Assembly: GCA_964362195.1 (NCBI GenBank)
Contig: CAYICZ010000002.1
Span: forward strand, 63-64,062
DNA: 64,000 nt
Direction of reading: 5' to 3'
From: an uncultured Gammaproteobacteria bacterium
GTDB lineage: Bacteria > Patescibacteriota > Microgenomatia > Daviesbacterales > UBA10151
A model generated the notes under the pieces. It did no database searches. It was not told the DNA's origin and was given only the letters and a program-made list of their open reading frames with translations. This document shows, piece after piece, positions 9,889 through 18,141 of the stretch (positions are counted from its first letter, which is position 1; each line of letters opens with the position of its first letter). The position numbers and the translations under genes were made by a program.

Positions 9889-10149
9889 TTGGTCCGATCT
9901 GAAAAAAAACTCATTCAAGAAGGAAGTGAGGTGTACGAAAAAATCGTACAACTGAAATTAGAATCTCTGGATGGAAAAAAATATTTTACGGATGCGGCTG
10001 ATGTAGAAACACTTTTCAGACTTATTCAATCTGTTCCAAGCCCGAAAGCTGAACTTTCAAACTTGTTTATAGAGAATTTAATGAGGCAAATTAGAGAAGC
10101 AATAAAAAATAGACAATTTAAAAAATTAAGGATGAGTTGGTTAGATTAA
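9889..10149 (+). CDS. Hypothetical protein (start uncertain)
   Basis: 86-aa ORF with a TTG start. Confidence 0.45.
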   Translation: MVRSEKKLIQEGSEVYEKIVQLKLESLDGKKYFTDAADVETLFRLIQSVPSPKAELSNLFIENLMRQIREAIKNRQFKKLRMSWLD

Positions 10150-10222
10150 AACCTCTGTTATACTCTAATACATCGTAAACTGCTTGTAACGTTTACGTTA
10201 TAAAGTATGGTATATTTTATGT

Positions 10223-10546
10223 ATGAAGAATTTAAAAACTCTTGAGCAACTACCAGCAGAATTAGATGTTAAAGTATCAAGAAATCCTAAAACTGGGATT
10301 TGGATTGCCCAGATTAAAAATCTAGACGTTTTTACAGAGGCAGAGGATCTAATAGGGTTGATTTACAATGTTAATGATCTGATTTATGCTTTTTTTGATA
10401 TTCCTAAAAAACTCCAACATAAAGTGTGGTATATGGCTCCTTATATTCAAGAAACCACTGCGCATAAACCAAAAATTCAGTTAGATGAACTAATAAAATT
10501 TAACATTTTGTTATCTCCAAAGTTACACCATACATATTTAAACTAA
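10223..10546 (+). CDS. HicB-like antitoxin
   Basis: WIAQI..LDVFTEAEDL..L...V.D fold motif; next to a HicA-like gene. Confidence 0.55.
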   Translation: MKNLKTLEQLPAELDVKVSRNPKTGIWIAQIKNLDVFTEAEDLIGLIYNVNDLIYAFFDIPKKLQHKVWYMAPYIQETTAHKPKIQLDELIKFNILLSPKLHHTYLN

Positions 10547-10552
10547 TACAAA

Positions 10553-10807
10553 ATGCCCCGAGTTTTTTCACCTGAAGAACTTTGTAAATTGTTAAAAGAC
10601 CAAAAGTTTGGTTCACAAGACCAAAATGCTACCAGTCATGTTAAATTCACTCATCCTGTTCCTAAAGCTGTTTCAATAGGCATTAGACCATTTATCATTG
10701 TAATACTAAAGAAGGGAAATTACGATCCTAATACTTCGGCAAGCTATAGAACTCAATTAAGAAGGCTAGGTATTCCCAGTGAGGTTATAAAAAAGTTTTT
10801 AGGATAA
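10553..10807 (+). CDS. HicA-like toxin
   Basis: ELCKLL...F......TSHVKFTHP; C-terminal LRRLGI. Confidence 0.55.
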   Translation: MPRVFSPEELCKLLKDQKFGSQDQNATSHVKFTHPVPKAVSIGIRPFIIVILKKGNYDPNTSASYRTQLRRLGIPSEVIKKFLG

Positions 10808-10830
10808 AAGCAATAGCAGATTCTGTTATG

Positions 10831-10864
10831 AAGAAAGAGGCTTTTTAGGGCCTCTTTCTTTTTT
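10831..10864. terminator. Intrinsic terminator, probably bidirectional
   Basis: aagaaagaggc-tttttagg-gcctctttctt-tttt between convergent genes. Confidence 0.8.
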
Positions 10865-10887
10865 CAAATTCTTTGCAAAGAATTCTC

Positions 10888-11109
10888 TTAAACTACAGGT
10901 GCACCAGGCGTGGGCTGGTCGCCCAAAGGCGTGGGCTGATCGCCCAAAGGCGTGGGCTGGTCGCCCAAAGGAGCTGGTGTTTCAGGAGCTGGTGTTTCAG
11001 CAGGAGGAACCACTGGTTCATCCGAAGCTGATGGTGGAGTATAAGCTGTTCCACCCATAGGTGCATCTGTTGCCGGTGCAGCCGGTGCATTTGGATAATT
11101 TGGATTCAT
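10888..11109 (-). CDS. Small Pro/Thr/Ala-rich disordered protein
   Basis: Strong SD (aggaggtgat) upstream; TPLGDQP-type repeats. Confidence 0.7.
   Translation of the reverse strand: MNPNYPNAPAAPATDAPMGGTAYTPPSASDEPVVPPAETPAPETPAPLGDQPTPLGDQPTPLGDQPTPGAPVV
10906..10998. repeat. Tandem repeats: 21 nt x3 then 15 nt x2
   Basis: aggcgtgggctg(g/a)tcgcccaa x3; aggagctggtgtttc x2. Confidence 0.9.
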
Positions 11110-11187
11110 AAAAATATCACCTCCTTTAATATAAGTTTATATTGCTAATGGTTGCGCGGTCAAGGGGCTTTTAGGTACTATAAGTAT

Positions 11188-12183
11188 ATGCCCGGCTGGA
11201 AAAAGGTTCAATCTAAAAGGAAAACTAGAAATAAAACAAGATTAGGTTTTATTGTCTTGGGACTGATAGCTTTGCTGATAGTGTTTTCTCAAATCTTCCA
11301 TTTTACTAAAACTTTACTTTCTCCCTGGAAAGCCTCCGGCTCTCAAAGAACTTATACCTGGGATGGACGATTTAATATTAATTTAGTCTTCCGCTCAAAG
11401 GGTGTTGCTTTTGTATCATATAATCCCACTGATCAAAAAATAGCCGTAGTGGATATTCCTGATCAAACTTATTTAGAAGCTGCGCATGGCTATGGTAAAT
11501 GGCAGCTTAGAGCACTATTTGATTTAGGAGGGGATCAACTGCTAAAAGATACTCTGAGTCAATTTCTGGCCCAACCGATTGACGGGTTTTTAGATTTCTC
11601 AGGTTCTTATAGAGATAAAAGTGCCAAAGAAATCATTGATCTGGTTAAGATAAGTCCCGGCAGACCTATTAATATATTGTCTAATTTAAAAACAGATTTA
11701 ACTTTAATGGAACTCGTGCGGCTGAAGTTTGGTTTGGCAGGTGTCAGGTTTGATAAACTAGTTCAAATTGATCTGCAGGATACCAAAGCTTTAACCAAAG
11801 ATCATCTGCTGGATGGAACAGAGATATTAGTAGCTGATCCAAATTTGCTGGATATATCTTTAGCTATCCTATCAGACCCAAAGATAAAAAATGAACACAA
11901 AACTATTGTACTTTTTAATGCAACAGATAAGCCTCTCTTTGCCCAAAAATGGGCCCGACTACTAACAAATATGGGAGGGGATGTGATTATTACCTCGAAT
12001 GCTAAAAAAAGAGTTGATAAAACAATAGTAGCAGGGGAAGCAAGTGAAACTTTAACAAGACTGCAACAAGTGTTTAATTTTGAGTGCGTGAGTGACAATT
12101 GTGATAAAATCCAAAAGACAGATGAGGATATGGCAGGGTCCAGGGGCCAGATTAGTATAAAACTGGCTTCGGATTTGCCTTAA
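11188..12183 (+). CDS. LCP (LytR-CpsA-Psr)-like protein with a LytR_C domain
   Basis: N-terminal TM, IPDQTY, TDLT and FNAT..P.FA motifs; start moved to MPGWKK. Confidence 0.7.
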   Translation: MPGWKKVQSKRKTRNKTRLGFIVLGLIALLIVFSQIFHFTKTLLSPWKASGSQRTYTWDGRFNINLVFRSKGVAFVSYNPTDQKIAVVDIPDQTYLEAAHGYGKWQLRALFDLGGDQLLKDTLSQFLAQPIDGFLDFSGSYRDKSAKEIIDLVKISPGRPINILSNLKTDLTLMELVRLKFGLAGVRFDKLVQIDLQDTKALTKDHLLDGTEILVADPNLLDISLAILSDPKIKNEHKTIVLFNATDKPLFAQKWARLLTNMGGDVIITSNAKKRVDKTIVAGEASETLTRLQQVFNFECVSDNCDKIQKTDEDMAGSRGQISIKLASDLP

Positions 12184-12188
12184 ATAAA

Positions 12189-12872
12189 ATGTTCGCATTA
12201 ATCTTTTTATTTTTACTGGTAATCTTAATCTCTTTTTTTCTGGCTATATATTCAATGCATGATTTTGAGATAAAGCCAAATCTAAAGCTGGAATATGGGA
12301 CTTTCTTAATTAAAAATCCGACCAATTTAAACCCGGATACACTGACTCCTTTATTGGCTGATCTGGCTAAGGCAAATTTGTTAATTAGCTTTGAGAGACT
12401 GTTTAAAGGTCATGAGGGGGTTTTAGTTGTATACGGGCCTAAAAATATACTTTTGAGGTATCAAAATCAATTTAATTTTTTGGAACTGGAGGATTATACC
12501 GGCATAGATTTAAATCATATTGCAATTTGGGAGGTGGAGGTGCATGATAAACCTAATTTTAGAGATAAATTTCCTGACCTACTGCCTGATGAGCAAATTT
12601 GGTTCCAGATTATATTAAGGATAAACAAAAAAGATTTAAGTTTTTTCCCCACCAGAATTAGGGTGGTGCTTACTTCTCAAGATGAGAGTCGGTTAAAAGA
12701 GTTAACTAAAGACTTTCAAGAAAAATACAAATTAATTTTACCCAAAATTCCCCAGCCATATTCCAAATCTCAAATGTTTGAATTCTATAAGAAACGCAGC
12801 TTTATTAAAGAAGGGGGAGGTGATATTAATCTAGCGATAGAGGATATTTTAAACCTCTGGCTCTTCTTCTAA
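12189..12872 (+). CDS. Hypothetical membrane-anchored protein
   Basis: 227-aa ORF with an N-terminal TM. Confidence 0.7.
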   Translation: MFALIFLFLLVILISFFLAIYSMHDFEIKPNLKLEYGTFLIKNPTNLNPDTLTPLLADLAKANLLISFERLFKGHEGVLVVYGPKNILLRYQNQFNFLELEDYTGIDLNHIAIWEVEVHDKPNFRDKFPDLLPDEQIWFQIILRINKKDLSFFPTRIRVVLTSQDESRLKELTKDFQEKYKLILPKIPQPYSKSQMFEFYKKRSFIKEGGGDINLAIEDILNLWLFF

Positions 12873-13580
12873 GACTTCTTCCTCTTCATCATCATCTTGA
12901 TTTAAGTTAGGCAATATTTCAGAAGTTACAACTGAATCAGAATTATCCAAAAATGAGGGCTGATTTTTAAACTTTTTGCTTCTGTGGACCTCTTTTATCA
13001 AAATAGAGAGTCCGTTTACCTTAATTGATTTAATAAAAAGATCGTATTTATTGCCACCCTTTAACAATCTGAACATCAAATGAGATATATCATCCGGCAT
13101 CACTCCCATATAGTTTCCATTTAGGTCAACTATTGTAATGCCTCTGTTTTTAATCACCATCTCCACCCTCATGCCACAAAAAGCCTGAGACAGCTTTTGC
13201 GGTTCAGCAACTTTTAAGAGAGATACTATTTTTGTTTTTCCTGGTTCCTGCAGGAAAAGGGAAGGGGATAGCCTTGAATAACCATTTGTACCGGGTACAT
13301 ATTCAACCCCGTTAGGTTTAAAGGATTTAATAATTTTTAAGTTTTTTATAGCAATAGGATTATAAGGGTCAAACTTTAAGGCCTCAGAGTAATACTTTTT
13401 GGCTAAATTACCTTTTCCCATCTCCATATAAACCCTGGCCTGGCGGTTTAGCGCATCAACATTTTGCGGATCTGCTTTGATAATTTGTTTATTTATTTTT
13501 AGAGCCACATCCCAGTTGGAATTTAGCGCCGCATCTATGGCCTGATCATTTAAAAGGGTAAGATTAGGAGAAGTGTCCAT
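12849..13580 (-). CDS. TPR-repeat protein
   Basis: TPR motifs (DALNR.A..Y...G....A...Y..AL..DP.N); TTGACA-17-TATACT promoter upstream. Confidence 0.85.
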   Translation of the reverse strand: MDTSPNLTLLNDQAIDAALNSNWDVALKINKQIIKADPQNVDALNRQARVYMEMGKGNLAKKYYSEALKFDPYNPIAIKNLKIIKSFKPNGVEYVPGTNGYSRLSPSLFLQEPGKTKIVSLLKVAEPQKLSQAFCGMRVEMVIKNRGITIVDLNGNYMGVMPDDISHLMFRLLKGGNKYDLFIKSIKVNGLSILIKEVHRSKKFKNQPSFLDNSDSVVTSEILPNLNQDDDEEEEVLEEEPEV

Positions 13581-13766
13581 CTAAGGGTTGAAGTATAAGG
13601 GTAAGTATTTTCCTTGTCAACGTTTCGCATTTAATTAGGGAATGGAGATTATTACTTTTTAGGAATTAAGAAGAAAACTATATAAAGATCCACTTGAGAA
13701 ATATTCATTTAACCTCCTCCAAAAGACTCATTACAAAATTATACTCTAGATGTTAAAATAGTGCAC

Positions 13767-14477
13767 ATGAGCGGACATAGTAAATGGTCAACTATCAAGC
13801 GGGCAAAAGGTGTGACAGATATTAAAAGGGGTCAAACTTTCACAAAACTTGCCAATGTTATTACTATTGCTGTGCGCCTGGGAGGCTCAGGTGACCCGGA
13901 TTCTAACCCAAGACTTCGGATGTCTATAGATGAAGCCCGTTCAGTTAATATGCCCAAAGAGAACATCCAGCGAGCCATAGATAGAGGTTTAGGAAAAGGA
14001 GAAGAAGCTAACTTGGAAGAGGTATTATATGAGGGATTTGGACCCTCTAAAGTAGCTGTAATTGTTGAAGGGTTGACTGATAATAAATCAAGGACCCTTC
14101 AGGAAGTAAAAAATATTTTTGAAAAAAGGGGTGGACATTTGGCAGGACAGGGTAGTGTGGCTTATATGTTTGAAAGAGTAGGGGAAATAAGGGTAAAGGG
14201 GAAAGGGGGAAGTGTAGAAGAAGAAACGTTGGAGTTAATAGACCTTGGTGCTAAAGATATACAAGGCTATTTAGTATATACAGAGAGCCCAGAATTAAAT
14301 ACTATGGGTAATAAAATTACTCAGGCTGGATATGGAGTAGAGAGCCAGGGTTTGATCTATAAACCAACTGTTTTTGTGGAAATTAATGATGAAGAAAGCG
14401 CAGACAAAGTTTTAGATTTTATTAAAAGACTAGAGGAGCTAGATGATATACAAAAAGTCTATACAAACTTACAATGA
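13767..14477 (+). CDS. yebC: YebC/PmpR family regulator
   Basis: MSGHSKWSTIK, NPRLR and YEGFGP motifs. Confidence 0.95.
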   Translation: MSGHSKWSTIKRAKGVTDIKRGQTFTKLANVITIAVRLGGSGDPDSNPRLRMSIDEARSVNMPKENIQRAIDRGLGKGEEANLEEVLYEGFGPSKVAVIVEGLTDNKSRTLQEVKNIFEKRGGHLAGQGSVAYMFERVGEIRVKGKGGSVEEETLELIDLGAKDIQGYLVYTESPELNTMGNKITQAGYGVESQGLIYKPTVFVEINDEESADKVLDFIKRLEELDDIQKVYTNLQ

Positions 14478-15007
14478 TAATACTGGGAATTGATCCGGGA
14501 ACAGCTACAACAGGATATGGAGTAATAAAAATCCCTGATAATATTTTAAGCAGGGAATTTAAATATGATATTGAACTTATTACATATGGCAATATTCATA
14601 CTCCTAAAGAGAAGCTGATGCAGGATAGGCTGCATATGATTCATTTGGCGCTCACCAAAATAATAAAAGAATATAAGCCGGACCAGATGATTTCCGAGAT
14701 GCTGTTTTTCGGCGCTAATACCAGGACTGCCATTACCGTAGGGCAGGCAAGGGGAGTTATAATGTTAACCGCTGCCCAAAACAGGATTCCGTTTCAGGAT
14801 TACACCGGTCCGCAGATAAAATTAATGGTGGCAGGATCTGGCAGGGCAGATAAAAATCAGGTCCATGATGGGGTAAGAAAATTTTTAGGGAAGGTAGGCA
14901 GAAGAAGAAATAAACTAAAGGTAAGCTGGAAAGGCGGGCATCTGGATGATGCCACAGATGCGCTGGCCATAGCTATTTGTCATGTATTAAAGTTAGTAGC
15001 AAAATGA
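14474..15007 (+). CDS. ruvC: Holliday junction resolvase RuvC
   Basis: ILGIDPG, QARG and DDATDALAIA motifs. Confidence 0.95.
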   Translation: MIILGIDPGTATTGYGVIKIPDNILSREFKYDIELITYGNIHTPKEKLMQDRLHMIHLALTKIIKEYKPDQMISEMLFFGANTRTAITVGQARGVIMLTAAQNRIPFQDYTGPQIKLMVAGSGRADKNQVHDGVRKFLGKVGRRRNKLKVSWKGGHLDDATDALAIAICHVLKLVAK

Positions 15008-15789
15008 AGTTTAATTTATTAAACAAACGTCAGAAAATCATAATAGCCTCAGTGTTATTAACTATAGGGTTACTTTCTACACAACTTGTGGACTTTAATT
15101 TAAGGTTTAAGTTTATAGCAGGCTTGTTTGTTCTATCATACATACTCTCCATTTGGGCTCTCTGGGAAGGACTAAATTTAACAAAAGCTATTGTTTTAAT
15201 AGTATTGCCGACTTTTTTTACAGTAGCTTTGGCAAGCTTTTATTTTCTGCTACCTGTTCGGTGGTTAACCAGATTGCCGGTTGCCGCTAGCTTTGGTTTA
15301 ATGTTCTACCTGCTGCTTTTGGCTCAAAACGTTTTCAATGTGGCATCACTCCGCACCATTCCCTTATACAGGGCAGCATCCACGGCCAGCTTTCTTTTTA
15401 CTCTTTTATCAGCATTCTTTCTATTTAATGTGATTTATGCTTTTAATTTATGGTTTTTTTGGAATGGGCTGGCTGTTTTTATTATTAGCTTTCCGCTTAT
15501 CTTGCAGGTTCTTTGGTCTATTCAAATGGAAGATCAGGTATCTAGCGCAATATTAGTCCAAAGCTTCATACTAAGTCTTATATTAGGGGAGTTAGCGTTG
15601 AGCTTTTCCTTTTGGCCAACACCTAATACTATCTGGCCGTTAATTCTTTCATCCTCAATGTATGTTTTGCTTGGACTTTCAACTCAAGTTTTAAAGGATA
15701 AAGTGAATAGGAGAGTAGTATGGGAATATTTAGGAATAGGGCTGGCAGTATTAATTCTTGGTTTTTTTACTACCTCCTGGACAGGATAA
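15004..15789 (+). CDS. Polytopic membrane protein of unknown function
   Basis: About 8-9 hydrophobic segments; ATGA coupling to ruvC. Confidence 0.8.
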   Translation: MKFNLLNKRQKIIIASVLLTIGLLSTQLVDFNLRFKFIAGLFVLSYILSIWALWEGLNLTKAIVLIVLPTFFTVALASFYFLLPVRWLTRLPVAASFGLMFYLLLLAQNVFNVASLRTIPLYRAASTASFLFTLLSAFFLFNVIYAFNLWFFWNGLAVFIISFPLILQVLWSIQMEDQVSSAILVQSFILSLILGELALSFSFWPTPNTIWPLILSSSMYVLLGLSTQVLKDKVNRRVVWEYLGIGLAVLILGFFTTSWTG

Positions 15790-16101
15790 ATTAATTAGTT
15801 TAGATTGATTTGATAGTCCAAATGCAACAAGAAGTAGAGGAGCGTGAAAACTGTGAATAAATATCGTGAAAAGAAGAGATGATATGGTATGATGTAGTTG
15901 CCAGGCATGAATGTGGAAAACTATCGGTCTATGTATACAATTGCTAATAATAAAACCCGAACCCCTAGAGTAGAGATGTATCTATTTCTCTTGGAGGTTG
16001 CTCTAGACTATATGAAGTTCTGTGCTTTAAGTACACACTAGAAGTACATATTGATAATAAGCCTATTTCCTCTCTCTTTTCAGACTTCCCTGTATTTCGT
16101 T

Positions 16102-16120
16102 CGATGTCGCACAATATTAA
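16102..16120 (+). repeat. Left direct repeat (candidate att site)
   Basis: cgatgtcgcacaatattaa, 17/19 identical to 18073-18091. Confidence 0.55.
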
Positions 16121-16152
16121 GATTGAAGTAAACAGAGGAGAGGTATTCTTGG

Positions 16153-16180
16153 ACTTTAAATATTTTTATTTATGTTAAAA
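16153..16180. other. dif-like Xer recombination site (tentative)
   Basis: actttaaatat-ttttat-ttatgttaaaa; the right arm matches the XerD arm TTATGTTAAA. Confidence 0.3.
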
Positions 16181-16480
16181 GATAGGAAATTTGGAGAATA
16201 ATTTATTAGCTTTAAAAGTGGTAGTTCCCGTCCAAATTTTCCATAATCAAAAAAATTAAACTTTTAAATATATCAATAAAGCGTTTGGATTTTCCTGACA
16301 ATCTAATCTGGATGATGATAGATAGCCTTTATCCCCTGACAAGCCGTTTTTAGGGCCTTACAGGACCTCGTGCCTGAATAGGCTCAAGAAGGGAAATACC
16401 TTATAAGGATCTACCCGTTTAACGTGGTAACGTTACTTCACCACCAAAAATATTATAACTTTTCGTATTCATTTATGCAC

Positions 16481-16509
16481 TTGACAGCCAGATTTAGGCA
16501 TGTTATTAT
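16481..16509 (+). promoter_or_regulatory. Sigma70 promoter of the recombinase gene
   Basis: TTGACA-17 nt-(TGn)TATTAT. Confidence 0.7.
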
Positions 16510-16540
16510 TCTTGTAATCAGCATTACACGAAGTTACAAT

Positions 16541-17542
16541 ATGCCCACTCCAACTAATCAAAATTTAAAAAATCAAACTCCACCCTCATCTTTAGATTTA
16601 ATAGATGACTTTTATTTATTTCTGCAAACCAACAACTATTCCCCTGCTACTATTTATCACTACAAAAATGATTTGGCAATTTTTGATAATTTTTTAAAAT
16701 CCAGAAATCTAAAAGTTAACGATTTAGATAAACGGTCTATATTTGAGTTTAAGGCTTATTTGTCATCAGATGACAGGCAAACAGCCACTACTCACCTTGA
16801 ATCTGCCCAAAGGTTATCCTCAGCAAGTATAAACAGGTGTCTTTCTGCAGTTAGGGCCTATATCCGATTTTTGATAGATCAGGATTATAAAACGCCGGTT
16901 TTTCCTGAGCAATTTAAGATGGTTAAAAGAGAACGTTCTCATCCGAACGTTGCAGAATTTAGTGAGTTAGTTTCCCTTATTGAATCCCCATCAACTATTG
17001 AACAGGATCCTGTAATTGCTGCGCGGAATAGAGCCATTCTGGAAGTTTTATTTGCAACAGGGATGCGTATCTCAGAACTTGTTTCCTTAAACAGAAGAGA
17101 TTTAAATGTTGAAGGAAAAATATTTATAACAGGAAAAGGACGGAAGCAAAGGTTTGTTTATCTGACAGAGCGTGCACAGTCCTATCTGGATCAATATTTG
17201 ACAATTAGGAAAGATAACCAGCAGGCCTTATTTGTTCCGACAAAAACAAGAAGTAAGGATAAACTTTCCTCAAGGTTAACCCCCAGATATGTTCAGGAGC
17301 GGCTTAAAACATACAGGGAAAAACTAAGAATAAACTTACCGACCACTCCGCATTCTTTCCGTCATGGTTTTGCAACATACTTAGCTGAAGAAGGAGCTTC
17401 CCCTGCTGCCATCCAGATATTACTTGGTCATGAGAGTTTGAATACCACCACCAGATACGTAAATGCATCGGATAAGTTTGCTCAGGAGTCACACCGCAAG
17501 TATCATCCTTTAGCTGAAAGGGCTTCAAGTGACGAGCGATGA
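16541..17542 (+). CDS. XerC/XerD-like tyrosine recombinase
   Basis: TGMRISEL, GKGRKQR, HSFRH, LLGH and TTTRY catalytic motifs; start placed at MPTPT after the promoter. Confidence 0.92.
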   Translation: MPTPTNQNLKNQTPPSSLDLIDDFYLFLQTNNYSPATIYHYKNDLAIFDNFLKSRNLKVNDLDKRSIFEFKAYLSSDDRQTATTHLESAQRLSSASINRCLSAVRAYIRFLIDQDYKTPVFPEQFKMVKRERSHPNVAEFSELVSLIESPSTIEQDPVIAARNRAILEVLFATGMRISELVSLNRRDLNVEGKIFITGKGRKQRFVYLTERAQSYLDQYLTIRKDNQQALFVPTKTRSKDKLSSRLTPRYVQERLKTYREKLRINLPTTPHSFRHGFATYLAEEGASPAAIQILLGHESLNTTTRYVNASDKFAQESHRKYHPLAERASSDER

Positions 17543-18068
17543 TTTTGTAAAAATCTTCTACAGTAACTATACTCCAAGTATTGATTGGGCTAATATAGAT
17601 GAGATAACTTGGATGTATCAGGAAGAATTATTTACTATTTCTTCCAAGATTATTGCCTCTTCCGATGAATTTCTAAAAAAGTTAGATTTTGTTTTGGATT
17701 CCAAGAATGGATTAACAAGAAGCGGTGAAAGTGACGCACACCTGGCTTTAAAGTCCTTTGCTGCTGATTATTTAACTTCTAATTATGGTGTTTTGAAAGA
17801 AGAGGTGAAATTTGAATATCCCCTCATAGGATTTGAGGTTGATGTTATAGATAAGAATTTATTTTATCCTACGGAATGCGGAGATACAAATGCTTTAAAG
17901 CTTGAAAAATACCTTGTTCTGCCTGATACTAAAAAGATGTTAATTCTTCCCTATCCCCACTTTGGGAATGTAAAAGTATTTGAGTTTCAGGCTAATCCTA
18001 AATTTTTTAAATACATTAAACACAAACAAACTTTTCTAAATCAAAAAAACGCTAAATTCCGGAAGTAA
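17529..18068 (+). CDS. Hypothetical protein with a PD-(D/E)xK-like nuclease signature
   Basis: H..LK...FEY.....VDV.......ECG pattern; overlaps the recombinase stop. Confidence 0.5.
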   Translation: MTSDDFVKIFYSNYTPSIDWANIDEITWMYQEELFTISSKIIASSDEFLKKLDFVLDSKNGLTRSGESDAHLALKSFAADYLTSNYGVLKEEVKFEYPLIGFEVDVIDKNLFYPTECGDTNALKLEKYLVLPDTKKMLILPYPHFGNVKVFEFQANPKFFKYIKHKQTFLNQKNAKFRK

Positions 18069-18072
18069 AATC

Positions 18073-18091
18073 CGTTGTCGGACAATATTAA
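18073..18091 (+). repeat. Right direct repeat (candidate att site)
   Basis: cgttgtcggacaatattaa, starting 5 nt after the stop at 18068. Confidence 0.55.
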
Positions 18092-18141
18092 TCCCTGCTG
18101 CTATTGACAAGCTCTTAGAATATGTGATTTAGTTAATTAAG

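Noticed and set aside
10906-10998. Tandem 21-nt repeats as a CRISPR array
   Set aside because: No spacers, the units lie in a coding frame, and there are no cas genes
15843-15920. DnaA-box-like 9-mers (tgtgaataa, tgtggaaaa) suggesting oriC
   Set aside because: Only two imperfect boxes, no dnaA or dnaN nearby, and local skew and Xer context fit a terminus better
16424-16540. N-terminal extension of the recombinase in the ORF track
   Set aside because: It spans a good sigma70 promoter, so the real start is more likely the ATG at 16541
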